A program made the position numbers and the translations under genes. A stretch of DNA of 64,000 bases from Escherichia phage CJ20: the sequence record MT533174.1, one strand, 5' to 3'. Shown here in pieces: positions 56,919-64,000 of this stretch. The notes under the pieces were generated by a model. The model saw nothing but the letters and a program-made list of their open reading frames with translations, was not told where the DNA came from and did no database searches. The number at the start of each line of letters is the position of its first letter. Within the stretch, counting starts at the first letter, position 1.

Positions 56919-57476
56919 ATGAACGAAATTAAATTAACCAAGAATAACTATGTAAATAATAAAGAGCTTTTGAAAGCTATTTCGGAGTGGAAACAGAAGC
57001 TGAATGCGAACACTGACCCGAACAAAATTATTCGCCAGAACGATGTTATTGGTCTGGCGATTATGCTTATAGCCGAAGGTCTTAGCAAACGTTTCAACTT
57101 CTCCGGATATACCCAATCCTGGAAGCAAGAAATGATTGCAGACGGAATTGAGGCCGCAATAAAAGGTCTTCACAACTTCGACGAAACAAAATACGATAAT
57201 CCACATGCTTACATAACAATGGCTTGCTTCAATGCTTTCGTTCAACGTATCAAAAAAGAACGTAAAGAAATGGCAAAGAAATATAGCTACTTCGTCCATA
57301 ACGTATACGATTCACGTGATGACGATATGGTGGCTCTGGCTGATGAAACATTTATCCAGGACATCTATGACAAAATGACACAGTACGAATCCTCCTTAGT
57401 TAAAGTGCCAGGGTCTGATAAGAGCGCCAAAGATAAAGAGGGTGATTTGGATTTTTTATATGGAACATCAATTTGA
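56919..57476 (+). CDS. 55: late sigma factor gp55
   Basis: 185 aa; near-identical to T4 gp55 through the centre ([58 protein letters not shown]). Confidence 0.95.
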   Translation: MNEIKLTKNNYVNNKELLKAISEWKQKLNANTDPNKIIRQNDVIGLAIMLIAEGLSKRFNFSGYTQSWKQEMIADGIEAAIKGLHNFDETKYDNPHAYITMACFNAFVQRIKKERKEMAKKYSYFVHNVYDSRDDDMVALADETFIQDIYDKMTQYESSLVKVPGSDKSAKDKEGDLDFLYGTSI

Positions 57477-57693
57477 TATTACCGATTTTTTAGATAAAAT
57501 CGAGGAAGACTTTACGGCTCTCCCATATTTCATTAAACTTTATCTGCGAGACATAAAAGGTCTTCCAATTGATATCGACCCTTTAAACGTCCGGAATCTG
57601 GAATTTACTTCACCGGATAATAACGTTGATTATCGTTATCATGTGGATAATGCTAATCTATATTTTACAATTGAGTTAACTCCCAAGGATTAA
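57460..57693 (+). CDS. hypothetical protein
   Basis: 77 aa from the ATG at 57460. Confidence 0.45.
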   Translation: MEHQFDITDFLDKIEEDFTALPYFIKLYLRDIKGLPIDIDPLNVRNLEFTSPDNNVDYRYHVDNANLYFTIELTPKD

Positions 57694-57694
57694 T

Positions 57695-58006
57695 ATGCAA
57701 GCTCCAGATATTTCTCAACTGACCGATAAGCAGATTGAAGAAGCACAGGAACGTCTCGAAGAAGCGAACGCACTCGAAGCAACCAGTCAAGCAGCGAAGA
57801 TTCTGAAAAAGAATGCTCGTGAAATTGCACGACTGAATAAGCATGCTCAAGGCGCAGTGCTGGAAAACAATTTTGAAGCATACAAATATGCTCTTGTTAA
57901 ACTGCGTGGGATTTACCGCCAACCCGTTACGGAAGACCTGATTAAGTTGATGTGGGATTCTACTCGCAAACAAATTTGGGAAATCGTAAATGGCATTAGT
58001 AAATAA
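57695..58006 (+). CDS. hypothetical helical protein
   Basis: 103-aa ORF. Confidence 0.5.
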   Translation: MQAPDISQLTDKQIEEAQERLEEANALEATSQAAKILKKNAREIARLNKHAQGAVLENNFEAYKYALVKLRGIYRQPVTEDLIKLMWDSTRKQIWEIVNGISK

Positions 58007-58190
58007 ACCTTTTAAACGGCTTCTTGTTGGAGCCGCTTTCAGACTTCGCTCATACGGTAATATCTGTATCAAGCAGACCGAAACCGAATACAAAATGATG
58101 GGCCAATATTCTGATGGTATTTTTAAGATTGAGCCTGTAGCCAAGGTTTGGGTCGATTCTCATCAACTTAAGAAATGGTGGCAGCGATGA
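57990..58190 (+). CDS. hypothetical protein
   Basis: 66-aa ORF. Confidence 0.45.
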   Translation: MALVNKPFKRLLVGAAFRLRSYGNICIKQTETEYKMMGQYSDGIFKIEPVAKVWVDSHQLKKWWQR

Positions 58191-58271
58191 ATATCATTTG
58201 CTTTGAAGACGAACACCCGGATTTTTAAGCTTATGAATGACGAATATGAAAAAGTTTAAGAGGCTATATGA

Positions 58272-58445
58272 ATGACGAATTCGACGGATTTTGATAAGAT
58301 TAAATCTGACAAAAATGAGATGATACTTCAATTTGAAGCCGCTCGCATTAAAGCAGAAAATGAAGGTACTATTACCTATAAGCCTATCAAGTTCAGGTCT
58401 TCTCACGAACCTCTGTACGGTGTATTAATTGGAAAGGAAGCCTAG
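58272..58445 (+). CDS. hypothetical small protein
   Basis: 57 aa; AAGAGG ribosome-binding site; followed by a terminator; not in the track because it is under 60 aa. Confidence 0.4.
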   Translation: MTNSTDFDKIKSDKNEMILQFEAARIKAENEGTITYKPIKFRSSHEPLYGVLIGKEA

Positions 58446-58458
58446 TGCTTCCTTTTTT
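58436..58458 (+). terminator. rho-independent terminator
   Basis: GGAAGC-CTAGT-GCTTCC followed by TTTTTT. Confidence 0.65.
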
Positions 58459-58502
58459 GCTTTATATTCGGGATGATAAAATGAACCAACTGAGGAGAAC
58501 AT

Positions 58503-58646
58503 ATGGAATTATTTTTAGGATATGTCGTGTTATTCATGGCATTCTACACATTCACACGAGCTTGTTGGATAGGATTCTTTTCCACTCCTGACGGGTTCAT
58601 TTCAATAATTTTATTTTGCACTGCGATAACGGCGCTTGGCTTATGA
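58503..58646 (+). CDS. small hydrophobic peptide upstream of gene 47
   Basis: 47 aa; GAGGAGA ribosome-binding site; stop overlaps the gp47 ATG. Confidence 0.35.
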   Translation: MELFLGYVVLFMAFYTFTRACWIGFFSTPDGFISIILFCTAITALGL

Positions 58647-59662
58647 AAATTTTAAATTTAGGTGATTGGCACTTAGGTGTCAAAGCTGACGACCCATGGG
58701 CTCAAAACATTCAACGCGATGGTATTTTACAGGCGATTGCATATTCCAAAGCGAATGGGATTAAAGTCTGGATTCAATATGGCGATATTTTTGACGTCCG
58801 TAAGGCCGTAACACATAAGACGATGGAATTCAGCCGTGAGATTATGGAACTCCTTCGTGAAGCAGGAATTACTATGCACACGATAGTCGGGAACCATGAC
58901 ATGAATCTGAAGAATAAGATTCATCCTAATGCTATCACTGAACTCCTGAATAAGTATGACCATGTTAAAATCTACGATAAGCCAACGACTGTTGATTTTG
59001 ACGGTTGTCAGATTGATATGATTCCATGGATGTGCGACGAGAACGCAACTGACATTCATCAACACATCAAAACTTCTGGGGCTGAATATTGCATCGGTCA
59101 CTGGGAATTAACCGGGTTTTATTTCTATAAAGGATTGAAATCCCATGGACTTGAGCCTGATTTCCTTAAGAAGTACAAGCAAGTTTGGTCTGGACACTTC
59201 CATACCATTTCAGAAGCTGCAAACGTTAAGTACATAGGAACACCATGGACATTAACAGCAGGTGATGAGAACGACCCACGCGGGTTCTGGGAATTTGATA
59301 CCGAAACCGAAGAGATGAAATTTATTCCGAATGAAACCACCTGGCATCGGAAGATTTTCTATCCAAACGAAACTATTAACTACGACGACTTCAAAGACTT
59401 ATCAGTCCGTGTTATTGTAGAAAAAGTCGATAAAGACCTGACCAAGTTCGAATCTGAATTAGAAAAGCGTGTACATGAATTGCGTGTTGTCAATAAGGTT
59501 GATAACAGTGTTGATACGACTGACTCCGAAGAAGAGTTAGACATAAAACGCTTAACTGATATGATGGCAGAATATATTGATGCATTACCTGACACCAATG
59601 AGAAAGAATCAAAAGCTCTTAAAGCATTGGCCAACAAATTATATCTTGAGGTGCAACCGTGA
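58643..59662 (+). CDS. 47: recombination endonuclease subunit gp47 (Mre11/SbcD-like)
   Basis: 339 aa from the ATG at 58643, the same as T4 gp47; metallophosphatase motifs LGDWHLG, GDIFD, GNHD. Confidence 0.9.
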   Translation: MKILNLGDWHLGVKADDPWAQNIQRDGILQAIAYSKANGIKVWIQYGDIFDVRKAVTHKTMEFSREIMELLREAGITMHTIVGNHDMNLKNKIHPNAITELLNKYDHVKIYDKPTTVDFDGCQIDMIPWMCDENATDIHQHIKTSGAEYCIGHWELTGFYFYKGLKSHGLEPDFLKKYKQVWSGHFHTISEAANVKYIGTPWTLTAGDENDPRGFWEFDTETEEMKFIPNETTWHRKIFYPNETINYDDFKDLSVRVIVEKVDKDLTKFESELEKRVHELRVVNKVDNSVDTTDSEEELDIKRLTDMMAEYIDALPDTNEKESKALKALANKLYLEVQP

Positions 59663-59922
59663 GACTTTATGATTTTAATGAAGCGGGGCTTGAGCATATC
59701 CGCGAATGTGATGTGGTTGACGACGATAATCAACCGAATATTATTAAGTATTGGTTTGAAGCTATCACTGACCGGGAAACCGGTCAACTTATCAAAGTCT
59801 ATGTAGTCACCGATTGGGTCGTAGAATTTAGTTTTAATGTAATGGAAGATGATACTCCAGAAACATTAATCCATATGGCTGAATCATGCATCAAGGATGC
59901 TTATAATGATGAAAATGTATAA
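59659..59922 (+). CDS. hypothetical protein (46.1 position)
   Basis: 87-aa ORF. Confidence 0.5.
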   Translation: MRLYDFNEAGLEHIRECDVVDDDNQPNIIKYWFEAITDRETGQLIKVYVVTDWVVEFSFNVMEDDTPETLIHMAESCIKDAYNDENV

Positions 59923-60121
59923 ACATGATTTTCATATTGGCGATGGCTGGTTCGGTAATGTAGAATGGGACGTGGATGGTTCTTGGTATACCGGAACTAT
60001 GTATGTCACTTCTGAATATTCTGAAGGTGTTTCATGGGCCATGGAACTTGACGACGTGTTTGCTTCTTCCGAAGAAATGCTAGAATATGTTGAACAAACA
60101 ATTCGTGAGAACAATACATGA
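59906..60121 (+). CDS. hypothetical protein (46.2 position)
   Basis: 71 aa from the ATG at 59906. Confidence 0.45.
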   Translation: MMKMYKHDFHIGDGWFGNVEWDVDGSWYTGTMYVTSEYSEGVSWAMELDDVFASSEEMLEYVEQTIRENNT

Positions 60122-61800
60122 AAACGTTTAAGTTAAAGAAAGTAACGTATAAAAATATTATGTCTGTAGGCCAGCAACCTATTACAATCCAACTTGATAA
60201 GGTCCAAAAGACCTTAGTCACTGGTAAAAATGGCGCTGGTAAATCGACATTCCTTGAAGCTGTTACTTTTGCTTTATTTGGTAAGCCTTTTCGTGATGTT
60301 AAGAAAGGGCAATTAATTAACTCAAGTAACAAGAAAGACCTTTTGGTCGAACTGTGGATGGAATATGATGGAAAAGAATACTATATCAAACGCGGGCAAA
60401 AACCCAATGTTTTTGAAATCTCTTGTGGCGGTAAACGTCTTGATGAATCTGCCAGCAGTAAAGACTTCCAAGCGGAATTTGAACAGCTCATCGGAATGTC
60501 CTATGCGAGCTTCAAACAGATTGTCGTACTCGGCACAGCTGGATATACCCCTTTTATGGGCCTATCCACTCCTGCAAGAAGAAAACTTGTCGAAGACCTT
60601 TTAGAGGTTTCTGTACTGGCCGATATGGATAAGCTGAACAAATCTCTTATCCGCGAAGTCAATAGCCAAATCCAGGTGATGGATGTGCAGCATGATGGTA
60701 TTGTTCAACAGATTAAAATCTATCAGGACAACGAAGACCGTCAAAGAAAATTATCAGGTGATAATCTGTTGCGGCTGCAAACGATGTATGATGAACTTGC
60801 CACAGAAGCACGTGGAATCAAGACGACTATCGAAGAAGCAACGACAAGACTGACCGAGATAATCTTGGGAGAAGACCCTGAGCATGAACTCACGAAGTTA
60901 AAGCAGGAATCATTCCTGATTAAGTCGAAGATAGACGATTACCGAAAGGTTGTTGGTCTGTACGAGAAAGGTGGTTGCTGTCAGACTTGTGCCAGTCAGT
61001 TGCATCCAGGAGACCCTATTGTCGCCAGGATTGAGTCAAAGATTGAAGAATGTAATGTATCAGCTGATAACCATAAAGCTCGCCAGAATGCTGTTCAGGA
61101 GCAATTTGATGCGTATTCTGCGGCAAGACAAAAACAACGTACAATAGCTCAAGACATTCAAACTAAGAAACAAACATTAGTCCAGACTGTTGAAAAGGCT
61201 AAAAAGGTTAAAGCATTAATCGAGCAAGCTAAGTCAGAATTCATTGACCATGCAGCAGACATTAAAATGCTTCAAGACCAGCTTGATAAAATAGTCAAAC
61301 AGAAATCCGACCTTGTGATGGAAAAATATCAGCGTGGTATCCTAACGGATATGTTGAAAGATTCTGGAATCAAGGGTGCGATTATTAAGAAATATATTCC
61401 TATCTTTAATAAGCAGATAAACGCTTACCTTAAAGTTATGGAAGCTGATTATAGCTTTACGTTAGATGAAGAGTTCAACGAAACGATTAAATCTCGTGGA
61501 CGTGAAGACTTTAGCTATGCATCATTTAGCCAGGGTGAAAAAGCTCGTATCGATATTGCATTGCTGTTTACATGGCGCGATATTGCTGCGAAAGTATCTG
61601 GTGTTAATATTAATACCTTGATTCTGGATGAAGTTTTTGACTCGGCCACTGATGTAGAGGGTGTTAAAGCAATTGCTACCATCCTGAACAAATTGGAAGA
61701 CACCAACATCTTTATTATCAGTCACCGAGACCATGACCCGGAAGCCTACGGGCAACATCTCCAGATGAAAAAAGTTGGTCGATTCACTGTTATGGAATAA
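60118..61800 (+). CDS. 46: recombination endonuclease ATPase subunit gp46 (Rad50/SbcC-like)
   Basis: 560 aa, the same as T4 gp46; Walker A GKNGAGKST, central coiled coil, zinc hook CCQTC, Walker B LILDEVFD. Confidence 0.92.
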   Translation: MKTFKLKKVTYKNIMSVGQQPITIQLDKVQKTLVTGKNGAGKSTFLEAVTFALFGKPFRDVKKGQLINSSNKKDLLVELWMEYDGKEYYIKRGQKPNVFEISCGGKRLDESASSKDFQAEFEQLIGMSYASFKQIVVLGTAGYTPFMGLSTPARRKLVEDLLEVSVLADMDKLNKSLIREVNSQIQVMDVQHDGIVQQIKIYQDNEDRQRKLSGDNLLRLQTMYDELATEARGIKTTIEEATTRLTEIILGEDPEHELTKLKQESFLIKSKIDDYRKVVGLYEKGGCCQTCASQLHPGDPIVARIESKIEECNVSADNHKARQNAVQEQFDAYSAARQKQRTIAQDIQTKKQTLVQTVEKAKKVKALIEQAKSEFIDHAADIKMLQDQLDKIVKQKSDLVMEKYQRGILTDMLKDSGIKGAIIKKYIPIFNKQINAYLKVMEADYSFTLDEEFNETIKSRGREDFSYASFSQGEKARIDIALLFTWRDIAAKVSGVNINTLILDEVFDSATDVEGVKAIATILNKLEDTNIFIISHRDHDPEAYGQHLQMKKVGRFTVME

Positions 61801-61824
61801 TGCTTTAAACAAGGATGTTATAAT
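61801..61824 (+). promoter_or_regulatory. middle promoter (MotA box TGCTTTA, 11 bp, TATAAT)
   Basis: Close match to the T4 MotA-dependent middle promoter consensus. Confidence 0.5.
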
Positions 61825-61834
61825 AGAGGCTATT

Positions 61835-62026
61835 ATGGCTGACTTCTTAACCGGGCAGCATTTACTGGCTGTCCCTGAAATTAAACGGTATGTGTTAGTT
61901 AATACCTTTTCGAAAGATGAACACCTTGTTACTGAACGTGACTTACAAAACGCTTTCGGTGAAGAATATGTTAAAATAATCGCGAACAGACACAATGCCT
62001 GGTTCGCATATGAATACTTTGATTAA
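61835..62026 (+). CDS. hypothetical protein (45.2 position)
   Basis: 63 aa from the ATG at 61835. Confidence 0.5.
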   Translation: MADFLTGQHLLAVPEIKRYVLVNTFSKDEHLVTERDLQNAFGEEYVKIIANRHNAWFAYEYFD

Positions 62027-62050
62027 TTGATAATGAATAGAGAGAATATT

Positions 62051-62458
62051 ATGAACAACGTAACTGCTAAAGATATCCAAGTTAAAACCATCCGCACCGA
62101 CGCCAACCCACATAACCAAAACCGCATCCGCAAATCCTGGGTCCTGGCATGTGATGAAGCATCTGCTACCCGTCTGCAGTCTCTGCCGCAAGAAATTAAA
62201 TTCATGCTGTACGGTGTGATTGATACTGATGTATCTGATAAGTGGATTGAACTGATGCGTAATCACTACAACGATTCACTGGCTGCTGGTGCTAAACTGG
62301 TTATCGACCGTGACGGTTCCGAACGTCTTGAAGATGATTATTGTGTTAACTCTGACGACCATCTGGTGCAAGCTGGTTCTATTATTGCTGCACAACTTCC
62401 AGAGTATATTGAATCTCTTCCAGAAGCTATCCGCAAACAAATGGCAGTTGTTGCTTAA
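62051..62458 (+). CDS. rpbA: RNA polymerase binding protein RpbA
   Basis: 135 aa from the ATG at 62051; assigned by size and synteny immediately upstream of gene 45. Confidence 0.6.
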   Translation: MNNVTAKDIQVKTIRTDANPHNQNRIRKSWVLACDEASATRLQSLPQEIKFMLYGVIDTDVSDKWIELMRNHYNDSLAAGAKLVIDRDGSERLEDDYCVNSDDHLVQAGSIIAAQLPEYIESLPEAIRKQMAVVA

Positions 62459-62488
62459 TTAATTTTGATTTGAATAAAAGGTAATTAA

Positions 62489-63184
62489 ATGAAATTCTCT
62501 AAAGACACTATCGCAGTTCTGAAAAACTTCACTTCCATTTACTCTGGCATTATGCTTAAGCCGGGTAATACCATCCTGACTCGTTCTGTAACTGGAGCGT
62601 CATATGGTGAATCTGAAATCAATGATACAATCGACTTTGAAGCTGCAATTTATGACCTGAACGGCTTCTTAAGTATCCTGGGCCTGGTAACTGACCAAGC
62701 TGAAGTATCTCTGGCTGAAGATGCATCGAATATCATTATCAAAGACCAACGTTCAACGATTCACTGGCCTGCGGCTGACCCGAGCACTATCGTGTTCCCT
62801 GCTAAGAAGATTCCTTTCCCGGTAGCTAAGGTTATCTTCGACCTGAAAGGCAGTGACCTGCAGCAGCTTCTGCGTGTGGCTGGTGGTTTGTCTCTGGATA
62901 CTTTTGCAATCACCAACAAAGACGGTAAGATTGTTATCCATGGTTATAACCAGCTCGAAGATAAAGAATTAGCACGTCCATTGTATTCCCTGGTGTGTGG
63001 TGATTATGAAGGCGATGCAGCGTTTAAATTTATCATTAACAAACTGAACATGAAAATGATTCCGGCTGATTACCGTGTTATGCTTTGGGCGAAAGACGAT
63101 AAATTTGCTACGAAGTTTGAAGGTACACAAGCAAGCTATGTGATTGCAATGGAACAAGGCTCTAGCCACGAATTCCAAGATTAA
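62489..63184 (+). CDS. 45: sliding clamp gp45
   Basis: 231 aa; close match to T4 gp45 (VIDF-AAIYDLNGFL, STI-WPAADPSTIV, DLQQLLRV, KFIIN, MLWAK). Confidence 0.93.
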   Translation: MKFSKDTIAVLKNFTSIYSGIMLKPGNTILTRSVTGASYGESEINDTIDFEAAIYDLNGFLSILGLVTDQAEVSLAEDASNIIIKDQRSTIHWPAADPSTIVFPAKKIPFPVAKVIFDLKGSDLQQLLRVAGGLSLDTFAITNKDGKIVIHGYNQLEDKELARPLYSLVCGDYEGDAAFKFIINKLNMKMIPADYRVMLWAKDDKFATKFEGTQASYVIAMEQGSSHEFQD

Positions 63185-63186
63185 TA

Positions 63187-63204
63187 AATGGGGCTTCGGC
63201 CCCA
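63187..63204 (+). other. intercistronic GGGGC-UUCG-GCCCC hairpin between genes 45 and 44
   Basis: Perfect ATGGGGCTTCGGCCCCAT palindrome; C(UUCG)G hairpins are known as exceptionally stable RNA structures. Confidence 0.65.
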
Positions 63205-63240
63205 TGGAGTACAAAGTAGAAACTAATATGAGGAAAATAT

Positions 63241-64000
63241 ATGTTAACGGTTAATGACAAAGAATTCATGTGGGAACAAAAATACCGCCCAGGTACATTA
63301 TCAGAGTGTATTCTCCCGGCTCATGATAAAGAAACATTAGAGGCGATTGTTAAAAAAGGTTTGATTCCTAACTTGATTCTGGTCAGTAGTTCCCCTGGTA
63401 CTGGTAAAACAACAGTTGCAAAAGCTATGTGCGCAGATACGAATTCTGATATGCTGTTTGTTAACGGCTCCGATTGCCGAATTGACTTTGTGCGTAATGA
63501 ATTGACTCGCTTTGCATCATCCAAATCAATCGAAGGTCGCCGCAAGGTAATCGTTATCGATGAGTTCGACCGGGCAGGTCTGGCTGAATCACAACGGCAC
63601 CTCCGTAGCTTTATGGAAGCTTATTCGAGTAACTGTTCAATCATTATGACCGCGAACAATATTGATGGCATCATTACTCCGTTGCAGTCTCGTTGTCGCG
63701 TCATTAAGTTCGGTGAAGCAACTCCGGCTGACCAGACTACCATGATGAAAGAGATGATTCATCGTGCAGTTGCGGTATGTAAAAACGAAGGCGTTGAAAT
63801 CGAAGACCTGAAAGTTGTTGCTGCTCTGGTTAAGCATAACTTCCCGGACCTGCGTAAGACAATTAACGAGCTTGACCGTTACTCTGCAAAGGGTGTTATC
63901 GATTCTGGTATTCTGAGTATCGTGACAAACAATCGCACGCCAATTGATGATGTGATTGATGCCCTTAAGGACCGTAACTTTAAAGTTCTCCGTGGTCTGG
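63241..64000 (+). CDS. 44: clamp loader large subunit gp44 (AAA+), 3' end outside window
   Basis: ORF open to the window end; EQKYRP, Walker A SPGTGKTT, VIVIDEFDRAGLAESQRHLRSFMEAYSSNCSII, QSRCRVI closely match T4 gp44; not in the track because no stop lies inside the window. Confidence 0.92.
   Translation, partial: MLTVNDKEFMWEQKYRPGTLSECILPAHDKETLEAIVKKGLIPNLILVSSSPGTGKTTVAKAMCADTNSDMLFVNGSDCRIDFVRNELTRFASSKSIEGRRKVIVIDEFDRAGLAESQRHLRSFMEAYSSNCSIIMTANNIDGIITPLQSRCRVIKFGEATPADQTTMMKEMIHRAVAVCKNEGVEIEDLKVVAALVKHNFPDLRKTINELDRYSAKGVIDSGILSIVTNNRTPIDDVIDALKDRNFKVLRGL

Overview
This 64 kb window is a contiguous segment of a T4-like (T-even type, Straboviridae) myovirus genome, AT-rich and almost entirely coding. 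Positions 1-16482 are a minus-strand late operon for baseplate and tail-fibre proteins (wac, gp12, gp11, gp10, gp9, gp8, gp7, gp6, gp5, gp53), recognised by direct similarity of the translations to the T4 proteins as I recall them. From 16531 onward nearly everything is on the plus strand: gp4, gp2, gp3, gp1, 57A, 57B, then a hyperplastic early region of about 100 small genes, with recognisable anchors nudE, e lysozyme, denV, regB, tk, rI, nrdC, gp49, nrdD, nrdG, nrdH, gp55, gp47, gp46, rpbA, gp45 and the start of gp44. The region also holds two tRNAs and a possible stable-RNA segment. The most unusual element is a 687-aa ORF with no recognisable homolog, translationally coupled between gp5 and gp6 where T4 carries only small genes (5.1 to 5.4). 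Other points of interest are eight small proteins with T4-type capsid-targeting N-termini, repeated early-promoter/stem-loop/leader cassettes, several small paralog families, and candidate nucleotidyltransferase, macro-domain and P-loop proteins. All identifications rest on reading the sequence and on remembered T4 sequences; no database search was run.
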